Part shown: piece by piece, positions 1-9,319 of the stretch
How the letters are laid out: the number at the start of each line of letters is the position of its first letter
How positions within the stretch are numbered: the first letter of the stretch is position 1
DNA from: an uncultured Candidatus Saccharibacteria bacterium
Lineage (GTDB): Bacteria > Patescibacteriota > Dojkabacteria > J137
Assembly: GCA_964607415.1 (NCBI GenBank)
Contig: CAZSKK010000001.1
Span: 260,190 to 324,189 of the forward strand
Reading direction: 5' to 3'
Length of the DNA stretch: 64,000 nucleotides
Made by a program: the position numbers and the translations under genes
Notes under the pieces: model-generated
Databases searched by the model: none
Seen by the model: only the letters and a program-made list of their open reading frames with translations
What the model was told of the DNA's origin: nothing

Positions 1-456
1 AAAGCAGGACAAGCTATTTTTATACCAGATGGTAACCTTTATAGACCTGATGTAGCTATTCAAGGTATACCTAGAGGTGTTTTTATCAACCCCCTTTCGC
101 ATCCTGACTGTGGCGGATATAGTATTTCTAGGGGTTTTCTTTATTATCATAATGGTGTGGATATGGCTAGATGGCCTGGTTGTCCAATAGAAGCAGTTGC
201 TAATGGTTATGTTTATTTTGCGGGTTGGACAAACGATGGTGGTGGTTATAATGTAAGAATTGATCATGGTGGAGGAATAGTTTCTCACTATTATCATGGT
301 GATGGCACTATTTGGGTAAAAACAGGAGATCGTGTTCAACAAGGGCAACCTCTTTTGATGATGGGATGTACTGGTCTTTGTACTGGAACTCACTTACACT
401 TTAGTCTATTCAAGAATGGTGTTGCGGTAGATCCTTATGGATACGTTCCATATTAG
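1..456 (+). CDS. LysM/M23 family peptidoglycan endopeptidase, 3' part (5' end outside window)
   Basis: Frame +1 is open from base 1 (KAGQAIFIP, LysM end). M23 motifs HNGVD, YYHG and TGTHLHF. Confidence 0.85.
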   Translation, partial: KAGQAIFIPDGNLYRPDVAIQGIPRGVFINPLSHPDCGGYSISRGFLYYHNGVDMARWPGCPIEAVANGYVYFAGWTNDGGGYNVRIDHGGGIVSHYYHGDGTIWVKTGDRVQQGQPLLMMGCTGLCTGTHLHFSLFKNGVAVDPYGYVPY

Positions 457-666
457 TAGTGTAAGTTTAAGAGTTAAGAGTAAACAATAGCAACTTGACA
501 TTTAATCCTCTGATTTTAAATTCTAAATTAGAAATACTGAATTCTAAACAAGTACGAAGCACGAAAAGTAAATTAGAAAGTTTCATAATTATATTTTGTT
601 TAGAGTTTTTGATTTAATGTTTCTAATTTTTCTTAAATCTATATTTGACATTCAATATTCTAAATC

Positions 667-1965
667 ATGCGAAATACCAAAAAAGGTTTATTTTTTTATG
701 CATTTTTTCTTGTTGTAACTACCATACTTTGGTTATTTGCAAAGTATGAGCAAAGAGATTTTCTAACTGTTGAGGTATGGAATAGATATTTAGTACAAAT
801 TCTAGGATTGCTTGGAATCGTTTTTCTTACCCTAAATTTTGTTTTAGCAACCAGGTTAAAGTTTCTTGAAGAAATTTTTGGTGGGCTTGATAAACTTTAT
901 AAATACCACAAAATGTCTGGTAGAATTGGATTCACACTAATTTGGGCGCACCCCTTTTTCCAAATTGTAAAAAATTTTACAAATATAGAAATTATAAAAC
1001 TTTATTTTTTTCCAACAGGGCTTTTAGACTATACTTTGGGAATTTTGGCACTTTACACTTTTACGGTTCTGATTATTTTAACAGTCGTTGTTAAACTGCC
1101 TTATCACGTTTGGAAATACACCCATAAGTTGATGATTGTAGGGTATATTTTGGCTGCGTTTCACATTTATTTAATTAAAAGTGATGTTTCGGATTTTATT
1201 GCTTTAAGAGTATGGATTTTGGGATTAATTACGTTGGGAATTATTTCATACATTTACAAAGAATTTATTTATGTAACTTTTGGTCCGCGTTTTGACTATA
1301 CAGTTGAAAAAGTTAATATTAAAAATCCTATTACAGAAATTTATTTAAGACCCGTGTTAAAAAAAATGAAATTTGTTCCGGGCCAGTTTGCTTTTTTTTC
1401 TTTTCAAAATTCAAGAAAAGTATCGTCTGAATACCATCCGTATTCAATATCCAGTAACCCGAAAGATGAGATCTTAAGGGTTTCAGCTAAATCCCTTGGG
1501 GATCACACCTATACATTAAAGAATCTTGAAACGGGTGTAAAAGTAAGAGTATTAGGTCCTTATGGTAAATTTAGCTCTAATTTTACACATAGCTATGAGA
1601 ATGAAGTCTGGATTGCAGGAGGTATTGGAGTTACTCCTTTCCTTAGCATGTTAAATTCAATTAATGCTGAAAAAAAGATTGTATTTATTTATTCATGCAG
1701 GAATAGTGAGGAAACAGTTTATAAAGATGAAATACTAAAAAAAGTAGCAAACTTAAATAACGTTAAATTTATTTGTCACTATTCTGATTTAGAAGAATAT
1801 CTAACTGTAGAGAAAATAAAGCAACTATTAGACTTTGATATAGGTTTAAAAACCGGTATTTTTATCTGTGGCCCAAGAAAAATGATGAAAACTCTCAGTA
1901 AGCAGTTCAGGGCAGCAGGCGTTAAATCTGATAATATTATATTTGAAGATTTTGCATTAAAATAA
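667..1965 (+). CDS. Ferric reductase-like transmembrane domain plus FNR-type FAD/NAD-binding oxidoreductase
   Basis: TM helices with His pairs (HKMSG, AHPF, THKL, AFHI), then HPYSISS, GPYG, AGGIGVTP, ICGP and terminal EDF. Confidence 0.85.
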   Translation: MRNTKKGLFFYAFFLVVTTILWLFAKYEQRDFLTVEVWNRYLVQILGLLGIVFLTLNFVLATRLKFLEEIFGGLDKLYKYHKMSGRIGFTLIWAHPFFQIVKNFTNIEIIKLYFFPTGLLDYTLGILALYTFTVLIILTVVVKLPYHVWKYTHKLMIVGYILAAFHIYLIKSDVSDFIALRVWILGLITLGIISYIYKEFIYVTFGPRFDYTVEKVNIKNPITEIYLRPVLKKMKFVPGQFAFFSFQNSRKVSSEYHPYSISSNPKDEILRVSAKSLGDHTYTLKNLETGVKVRVLGPYGKFSSNFTHSYENEVWIAGGIGVTPFLSMLNSINAEKKIVFIYSCRNSEETVYKDEILKKVANLNNVKFICHYSDLEEYLTVEKIKQLLDFDIGLKTGIFICGPRKMMKTLSKQFRAAGVKSDNIIFEDFALK

Positions 1966-2041
1966 GCTAATTATTTAATTAGTTGGTGGTTAATTTGTAT
2001 AGCCAATTTTATCAACTAATTAACTTTGCACCTATTAACAT

Positions 2042-2932
2042 ATGACCACAATACTTCAGGACTTAATAACAATTTTTCTTGGAATTACGGTTGAAGCATT
2101 CCCATTTTTAATTATAGGAGTGTGTTTTTCCGTTTTTGTTGAATTATTTATAAAAAGTGAGTGGATACTAAAAATAATTCCCAAAAATAGGTTCATATCT
2201 CATCCACTTATAGCTTTAATTGGAGTTTTTATGCCGGTTTGTGAATGTGGTAATGTGCCAGTAGCAAGAAGATTTTTGATGCATAAATTTACAGTTTCAC
2301 AAACAATCACCTTTTTACTTGCTGCGCCAATCATTAATCCAATTACCTTTATTTCAACATTAGAAGCATTTAACTTTGACCGTACAATTGCGCTTTATAG
2401 AGTATTGGCAGCATACATAATTGCGGTTTTACTTGGAATATTGATATCCTTCAAAAAAAATCAGGAAGATTTTTTAACGACAAATATGGTTCATGAAATT
2501 GAAATGTGTGAGCACGACCATTTACATGAGGGCAGATTTGAAAAAGGTTTAGAGGTCTTTAAAGATGAATTTTTTACAACAGCAAAGTTATTAATGATTG
2601 GCGCATTGATTGCCGCAATAACTCAAACTGTACTCCCTAGAAACATTATCGAATCTGTTGGATCTAGCCCTACTTTATCTATCCTTGCAATGTTAATTCT
2701 AGCTTTTATTGTATCTATTTGTTCAAATATTGACGCATTTTTTGCATTGGCCTATGTAAATACTTTTACAACAGGATCACTTTTAACGTTTATGGTTTTT
2801 GGTCCCATGATTGATATGAAAATTTTGACCATGTTAAAAAGTACTTTTAAAACAAAATTATTGATTTATATCACGGTAATAGTGGCTCTTATGAGTACAT
2901 TAACAGGTTTACTATTTAACTATTTTAGTTAA
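2042..2932 (+). CDS. DUF318/YcgR-like permease
   Basis: EAFPFL, PVCECG, APIINP, SICSNIDAF and GPMID motifs, with a His-rich loop HDHLH. Confidence 0.85.
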   Translation: MTTILQDLITIFLGITVEAFPFLIIGVCFSVFVELFIKSEWILKIIPKNRFISHPLIALIGVFMPVCECGNVPVARRFLMHKFTVSQTITFLLAAPIINPITFISTLEAFNFDRTIALYRVLAAYIIAVLLGILISFKKNQEDFLTTNMVHEIEMCEHDHLHEGRFEKGLEVFKDEFFTTAKLLMIGALIAAITQTVLPRNIIESVGSSPTLSILAMLILAFIVSICSNIDAFFALAYVNTFTTGSLLTFMVFGPMIDMKILTMLKSTFKTKLLIYITVIVALMSTLTGLLFNYFS

Positions 2933-3696
2933 TGCCAATGGCAAAGTTTAATACAAAATCTTTTATACAATTTGTAATAATTTTTCTTTTTGGTGTTTAC
3001 ATTAGATATTTAATTATTACTAAAGGCATTGCATTTTATGTTAATCCCAGGTACTTCAACCTGATTGATGCATCAGGCATTGTTGCAGTTTTTGTCGGTT
3101 TACTTGGGATTGTCTTAGAGATAAGCAAAATTAAGGGTGGATTAAAGATTAAAAATTACAAATTAAAAATTGATCGATTAGTTCAATTTACTATTTCTAA
3201 CGCACTTATAGTTATATGCATAATCATAGGCTTTGTATTACCACCAAAGCAACTTTCAACAAGGGCAGCATCAAACAGGACCTCAAACGCTCAGGCAACA
3301 TTTGATGATAACTCAGACAACATAATTAATAGTTTTATGAGATCCTATGATACATACGATATTGCCGACTGGTTAAAATCATTTAATCGTGAACCTGATT
3401 TGACTTTATATGAAAATATTGAAGTTACTGTTAAAGGATTTGTTTTTGAATCCGATGATCTTGCTGAGGATGAGTTCTTGATTGGCAGGTTTGTAATTAG
3501 ATGCTGTGTTGTTGATGCAACTCCAGTTGGATTAGTTGTCAAAATGACAGACTGGAAAACTAAATATAAAGATGGCCAATGGCTTCAAGTTAAGGGTAAT
3601 TTTAAGATTTTTAACAATAATGATTCTAATAAGCTTTACATCGAACCAGTAGAGATTAATTTAATTGAGACACCCGATAATCCTTACATTTACTAA
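2932..3696 (+). CDS. TIGR03943/YcgQ-like (DUF1980) membrane protein
   Basis: YVNPR, RFVIRCCVVDA, WLQVKG and C-terminal PDNPYIY. Coupled to the permease by a TAATG overlap. Confidence 0.85.
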   Translation: MPMAKFNTKSFIQFVIIFLFGVYIRYLIITKGIAFYVNPRYFNLIDASGIVAVFVGLLGIVLEISKIKGGLKIKNYKLKIDRLVQFTISNALIVICIIIGFVLPPKQLSTRAASNRTSNAQATFDDNSDNIINSFMRSYDTYDIADWLKSFNREPDLTLYENIEVTVKGFVFESDDLAEDEFLIGRFVIRCCVVDATPVGLVVKMTDWKTKYKDGQWLQVKGNFKIFNNNDSNKLYIEPVEINLIETPDNPYIY

Positions 3697-3700
3697 ATAT

Positions 3701-5110
3701 ATGAACATTGATTTTAATAAAATATCGATAATTTTTGCAGTAATTTTAAGTCTTTTGGTGGGCATCTTATCATGGATGCTTGAATTTTCACCTCCCAAAA
3801 TCAATAATATTCAGTTGGAAGGCAAATCTGATCAAGCAAATTTCATAAATCAAAAAATAATTATTGAATTTAACACGCCGATGAATTCTGAAAGTGTGGC
3901 TGCGAACCTTTCTATTACTCCATCGACAGAATTTGAATTGTTTTGGTCACAAACAAGTCTAAATGTATCTTTTAAAAAAGTGTTAAGTGCTTCTACAAAA
4001 TACTCCTTAAAAATATCAAAAGATGCAAAAGATATTTACAACGACAAAATCGACAAAGATTTTACCTTTGACTTCACTACAAAAGACGATTTATTGGCAT
4101 ATATTGAAAGATCTGATGATTCAACAGTTAAAAATTCAAAAATTATTCTTACAGACACTCAATTCTCTTTTAAAAATCAGTTATTTACTGGTGCCGATAT
4201 AGATTTTTTCGAATTAAATAGTGACTATCTAGTAGTTGTACAAAACCCCACCAATTCATATTCAACCTTAACTTTAAAAAATCTAAATACATTAACGGAA
4301 GAAAAAATTGAAATCGGCCAATCCAGAATTACTTTTTTAGACTTATCTCCTACTGAAAATAAATTTATTTACATAATTCAAAATGTATTTATTCAAAATA
4401 AAACTGTAATACCCAAACTTGCAAGCGAGATATTTTTGTTTGATGCATCAAATAAAAAATCCCAAAAGATAGATAATCCAGAAACTGCGGCAGATGTTTT
4501 GCAAGCATTTTTCTCACCAGATGGTAAAGGCTTGGTTATAAAAGGTTCAGATTCTGGTTATTTTTTTCAAAGTCTTATGGACAATACAGCACTAGATTTG
4601 GGAAAACATTTAGATGTAAGAGGATTTAATAGTCAAAAAAATAAGATTATGTTTATTGATGCCCCTTTTCAATCTGCCTCAGCTGCCTTTCCTTCAATAT
4701 CGACAGTTGATGGGAAAGGAACTATAGAAAATGTTACTGATGGGACAAACTATGCTATTGACCCGCAGTTCTTTTATTCTTCAGAAAAAATTGTTTTTAG
4801 TGAAAAAGTTCAAGAATTAGAAGGTACGAAGGGATTATTTGCCATAAAAACTTACGATTTGCCAACAGATGAAAAGAAAGATATTTATTTTAACAGCCAA
4901 TATAGTAGCGAGCTACCCACTCTAAGTTATGATGACAAATATGTAATTTTTGAAAAATACTCTCAAAAAGATCTTTCGTCCTTTGAGGGTTTAAGGAACT
5001 TTAGCTTTCAAAGTAAACCGTATAATGCAAACCTTGTTATCATAGATCTAACAACACTGGAGGTTATTGATAAAGGCATTAGAGGCGTGAATGCAGTTTG
5101 GGTGAGATAA
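3701..5110 (+). CDS. Membrane-anchored Ig-like (Big_5) plus TolB-like beta-propeller protein
   Basis: N-terminal TM, then IEFNTPMN...FTFDFTT Ig-like segment and FSPDGK/LSYDDK repeats. ATG 3701 preferred over TTG 3665. Confidence 0.65.
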   Translation: MNIDFNKISIIFAVILSLLVGILSWMLEFSPPKINNIQLEGKSDQANFINQKIIIEFNTPMNSESVAANLSITPSTEFELFWSQTSLNVSFKKVLSASTKYSLKISKDAKDIYNDKIDKDFTFDFTTKDDLLAYIERSDDSTVKNSKIILTDTQFSFKNQLFTGADIDFFELNSDYLVVVQNPTNSYSTLTLKNLNTLTEEKIEIGQSRITFLDLSPTENKFIYIIQNVFIQNKTVIPKLASEIFLFDASNKKSQKIDNPETAADVLQAFFSPDGKGLVIKGSDSGYFFQSLMDNTALDLGKHLDVRGFNSQKNKIMFIDAPFQSASAAFPSISTVDGKGTIENVTDGTNYAIDPQFFYSSEKIVFSEKVQELEGTKGLFAIKTYDLPTDEKKDIYFNSQYSSELPTLSYDDKYVIFEKYSQKDLSSFEGLRNFSFQSKPYNANLVIIDLTTLEVIDKGIRGVNAVWVR

Positions 5111-5201
5111 ATTAGTTCAAGTGCAAGTTCAAGTAATTTATTATTCTCAACAGCATAATATTTTGTTCGTGCCTACCTTAAACTTGAACTATTGCTAATT
5201 C

Positions 5202-5272
5202 TTGCCGGACAGGGACTCGAACCCCGATTAACTGCTCCAGAGGCAGTCGTCCTACCATTAGACGATCCGGCA
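5202..5272 (-). tRNA. tRNA-Gln(CTG)
   Basis: Cloverleaf with acceptor TGCCGGA/TCCGGCA (U1-A72), anticodon arm ACTGC-CTCTGGA-GCAGT and T-loop TTCGAGT. CCA not encoded. Confidence 0.95.
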
Positions 5273-5499
5273 TTTTATGTTTTAATGAGCGGTAGCGAAG
5301 CAAAAATATTTAAATTTATGCCGACCCGAACTTGTCTGGGGACCCTAACTAAAAATAAATTATTTCCGAAATACTTTTTGTGTCCTACTCCCTATATTCA
5401 TCGGGACTTTCGAAAATTACGAGTTTTGCTACGCTTTGCAATTAGTCATTAGATTTTAATGATTCGTCATTCAGTCGATTTTTTGGTTTTATCTGGTCA

Positions 5500-5527
5500 A
5501 TTCCTCGATTTGCCTCGGAATGACACA
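5500..5527 (-). repeat. Family-A palindromic repeat (TGTGTCATTCCGAGGnAAATCGAGGAAT)
   Basis: One mismatch to the copies at 46018 and 47296. Confidence 0.9.
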
Positions 5528-5637
5528 AACAAGCTCAATAATCGACTGCTGGATTATACCAGAATAGTAATTTTTAAATAAACTCAATTTTTAAATTCTT
5601 TGAAATTATGTATTTGCATATTCGCACATTTCCAAAT

Positions 5638-6471
5638 TCAGTTTATTCCATAAGCAATACTTACAATTACAAGAAGTATCAATACATACTCACCGGCTAA
5701 TGAAGGAGTCAGAGTTTTGTGAATTACATGGTGAATTCCTGCAATAAAGATGTAAAAACAAACTGTTAGAATTAAAGTGGTTTCCAGCTGATTTAGCTCA
5801 CTTATTTTATTTAAAGCCACAAACAGTAAACCAATTATTAGTGCAGATAATAAAGAGGGAAGTAAAACTTTAAATCTTAAATGTTCCAGTTTCCATAAAA
5901 TTAGTGAATTTAGAAGTGCTGAAGCTACAAATGTATAAAGGCTTGAAGCTATTAAAAGATTATTATTTTCATTTGCCAAATTTACGAATACATTAATTGC
6001 AGTAAAAAAAATTAGAAATTTTATAATGTCATAAACATAATGTGTGTTACTCTCAGCTTTTTTTCGGTCTTCAAAATATGCTCTAATATTTGTAAATAGA
6101 ACAAAAAAACATAGAAAGGTTACCGTTAATATTGGCAAAAGAATCCCGTTCTTAAAGTTGTAATATCCAAAGCCAACCAGTGAAATATATAACGCTATTG
6201 GTAAAAACAGTTTGTTAACCGTAAATAAAAGATCTCTTTCTGCTTCTTTTATATCAAGAGCTTTGTAAGATTTTATTTGATTTGTTTGCCAAGTTACAAA
6301 AATTTCAATTATAAAAAACAAGAAGATTATTCCAGTAAACGTAATAAAATTACTTTGATTATTGTATTCGTGAAGTTCTTGAAGCGATATATAAATTCCA
6401 ATTGTTAAAGAAAGAGAGTAAAAAAAGGTCCATAAATTTTTTGCAACAAAATTTCTTAAAAAACTTAACAT
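5638..6471 (-). CDS. Multi-pass membrane protein of unknown function
   Basis: 277-aa ORF with about 9 hydrophobic segments. Confidence 0.7.
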   Translation of the reverse strand: MLSFLRNFVAKNLWTFFYSLSLTIGIYISLQELHEYNNQSNFITFTGIIFLFFIIEIFVTWQTNQIKSYKALDIKEAERDLLFTVNKLFLPIALYISLVGFGYYNFKNGILLPILTVTFLCFFVLFTNIRAYFEDRKKAESNTHYVYDIIKFLIFFTAINVFVNLANENNNLLIASSLYTFVASALLNSLILWKLEHLRFKVLLPSLLSALIIGLLFVALNKISELNQLETTLILTVCFYIFIAGIHHVIHKTLTPSLAGEYVLILLVIVSIAYGIN

Positions 6472-6541
6472 TTTGGCTTCAAATTAACTTGTTATAAAGG
6501 TATGATATATTTTGTATGGGATAACTTCAAGTAATTTTTTA

Positions 6542-7624
6542 ATGAGCGCAACAAAAATTAGCTTAAAAATTTTAAATTCAAAAGCAATACTATTCATCTT
6601 TGCTATAGCAGTAATTGGGTTTAATTTTACCTTTTCGATTGATAAGATTGATGCTTCAATTGAAAACGAAGATTCAATTACAATAGAAAACTTATTAAAA
6701 CTTCACAACGATGAGAGAGAAAGTAAAGGGTTAAAACCATTAAGGTTAAACGACAAACTTTCTCTTTCTGCTCAAAATAAGGTTAAATCTATGCTTGGAG
6801 TTAATTGTTGGTCACACTATTGCCCAGAAGGAAAATCTCCGTGGAACTATTTTGAAGAATCAGGATATGAATATCAAATTGCTGGCGAAAATTTGGCTGA
6901 AGGTTTTTATGACATTAATGAAATGATGAGAGCCTGGCTTAACAGCGATTCTCACAAAGATAATATTTTAAAATCACAATTTGAAGATGTTGGCTTTGGA
7001 ATTGTAAGTGGAGATTTTCAAGGTAAAAACAATAATATTATTGTAGCAGTTCACTTTGGAACAACTAATAAAAAAGCTGCTATAGACTTAAAAACAGAAA
7101 TATTTATTGATTTTCCAAAAAATAATCAAGTATTTAGTACTGACAATTTCGAGATTAAAGGAAGAGCTATAGGCACTGAAAGTGTTTTTTTGTATTCAAA
7201 CGACACTTTTTTAGATACAGCTAAAGTTTCTGATGGAATTTTTACTTACAATGCTAAGGGATTTGAGGACGGACAATATACAATTTATGCAGAAGCGGTT
7301 CTCACAGATGATTCTAAAAATAAATCTAACTCTATTACTGTAATTGTCCGAAATACTTTAGGAAAAATAGAAGGATTATCTTCCAGTAATCTACCTATAG
7401 TGTCAACCGTATCTCCAGAAACCAAAAATTTACTAAATTTAGTATTTGCATTAGTATTTGCATTAATTTTTCTTATTGATTTCATACTACTAGAGTATAC
7501 TGACATGTTTGGAAGGCGGAAATCATTATCTCATTTTAATTTCTCAATATTTATAATTATAGCTCTTATAATAATAGTTGGTGGATTTGGCGGTCATTTA
7601 ACCGAAACTTCTGCTATTACATAA
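6542..7624 (+). CDS. CAP (SCP) domain protein with Ig-like domain and C-terminal TM helices
   Basis: HNDER, WSH, AGENLA and WLNSDSHKDNIL. ATG 6542 preferred. Confidence 0.85.
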   Translation: MSATKISLKILNSKAILFIFAIAVIGFNFTFSIDKIDASIENEDSITIENLLKLHNDERESKGLKPLRLNDKLSLSAQNKVKSMLGVNCWSHYCPEGKSPWNYFEESGYEYQIAGENLAEGFYDINEMMRAWLNSDSHKDNILKSQFEDVGFGIVSGDFQGKNNNIIVAVHFGTTNKKAAIDLKTEIFIDFPKNNQVFSTDNFEIKGRAIGTESVFLYSNDTFLDTAKVSDGIFTYNAKGFEDGQYTIYAEAVLTDDSKNKSNSITVIVRNTLGKIEGLSSSNLPIVSTVSPETKNLLNLVFALVFALIFLIDFILLEYTDMFGRRKSLSHFNFSIFIIIALIIIVGGFGGHLTETSAIT

Positions 7625-7648
7625 ATATATAATTTTATTTAACGCCTT

Positions 7649-9160
7649 ATGCTAAAAGTAAAACTAATTTTGCCCTTTTTCGGTGTAAGAAACTTAAATG
7701 TTATAAAACTTTCTAAAAAAAGACCATTAATTGATAATTTGTTTAAATTAAACGTAAGTGTTTCGCAAATTATATTTTTAATATTTTTAGCTGTACTACC
7801 TTTTTCGGTTTTATTTTTTTCAAATGAAACCTACGAAACGGCTGTATTTTATGTTTTTTCAACATTAATAATAGTTCAAATAGGTCTTTTTATTAGCTCT
7901 ATCTTTTTGGGTGGAAAAAAAATGCTAATAGATCCAAAAGGCTTTGCTGTAGTTTTGGTTTTTGCTCTGTTAACAACAACATCAGCCATATCAACTGACC
8001 CACCAACCGTTGCAAACACTTTTGGCATTGATGCAATTAGGGGTATGGCAGGAGTTCTGATTATGATGATGGTTGCACTATTTTATTTAATTAATGTTAA
8101 TGTTACCGATTTTAGATTTTTAAAAAAATCAATTTTAAGCTTTGTTGCAGGTTCGATATTGTTGTCTTACTATTTTTTACTTTCAGGTAAGATAAACTTT
8201 TCAAATAGTATTTTTCTAATGACAGCATTAGTTATTGTATTTGGTACCTCTTTTTATTCTAAACGATTTAGATACATACCAGTTTTAGTTTCAGTATTTC
8301 TTTTGCTATTTTTGTATTTAAACGACATTTTTTCTATAAAACAACAAGGATTTGCAATAAGTCCTATTTTGTTAGTTTTTGCTACAGTTATCAGTTCATC
8401 TACATTATTTTTTACTTTATTAATTAAAAATAGAAACTTTTTTAATAAAAAACTATGGTCTATAGCTGAAACTAGTAATTTAACAATGGAGAGGGCTTTT
8501 CTAAAGTTTACAGATTTAATTGTATTATTGATCCCTGCTATTCTACTTTTATTATTTATTTATTTGGAAGTTGAAAAAGTTCAATTTGAAGATTTTATTT
8601 CAAATGCAGTTGATGATTTTGAAGGCGCGTGGAATGCAATAAGCTTGGATACGGTTGATTCTACAGTAAGAATAAGGAATATCGTATTTGGAATAGGTGG
8701 GGATTATTCGTTTGCAGGTAGATCTTTGTTGGCAAGTATTCTAACAGTTCAAGGAATCGTAGGGCTTTTTGCATATCTTTTGCTTTGGGTCTATTCTATA
8801 TTCTTATCACTAAAAGTAACTTTGTTGTCTTTTAGAAAAACAAATTATTATAAGCTTATACTTCCTTTTTCTTTTATTATAATATTTGTCCCTGTTTTAA
8901 GTATTTTTACATATTCTGGAATAATATTAATAATTTTGTTCTGGCTTTCACTAGGCATTTTAACTGCAAGTTATTCTATCCTGAAAAGATCAAATAAGCT
9001 TTTTTATAGTGAAAAGTATTGGCAAGTAGAAAATTTAAAATTTAGTAGTAGAGATTTAGGAAAAAACTCAACCCCAGTAAGGATAGTTTTAAGTTTAATT
9101 ACACTTGCAATCACAATTGTTTCAGTATATCTTATGATTAGTACAGTGGGAGAAGTGTAG
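7649..9160 (+). CDS. Multi-pass membrane protein (possibly O-antigen ligase/Wzy-like)
   Basis: More than 12 TMs with a late loop FGIGG...QGIVG. Family assignment tentative. Confidence 0.55.
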   Translation: MLKVKLILPFFGVRNLNVIKLSKKRPLIDNLFKLNVSVSQIIFLIFLAVLPFSVLFFSNETYETAVFYVFSTLIIVQIGLFISSIFLGGKKMLIDPKGFAVVLVFALLTTTSAISTDPPTVANTFGIDAIRGMAGVLIMMMVALFYLINVNVTDFRFLKKSILSFVAGSILLSYYFLLSGKINFSNSIFLMTALVIVFGTSFYSKRFRYIPVLVSVFLLLFLYLNDIFSIKQQGFAISPILLVFATVISSSTLFFTLLIKNRNFFNKKLWSIAETSNLTMERAFLKFTDLIVLLIPAILLLLFIYLEVEKVQFEDFISNAVDDFEGAWNAISLDTVDSTVRIRNIVFGIGGDYSFAGRSLLASILTVQGIVGLFAYLLLWVYSIFLSLKVTLLSFRKTNYYKLILPFSFIIIFVPVLSIFTYSGIILIILFWLSLGILTASYSILKRSNKLFYSEKYWQVENLKFSSRDLGKNSTPVRIVLSLITLAITIVSVYLMISTVGEV

Positions 9161-9319
9161 CTTAACAGGTTTAGAGGTTGAGAGCTAAAAAGGAAGTCAG
9201 CTCAGATCGAATGATTTTAAATATTTAACGTTAAAACGTTTCAACCTTAAAACTTTGAAACTAAAAATAATTACTTTATCTGCTAATAGCTATATGCTAT
9301 AGGCTAATTGCTAATAAAA

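Noticed and set aside
5192-5452. 86-aa + strand ORF
   Set aside because: Shadow of tRNA-Gln on the opposite strand.
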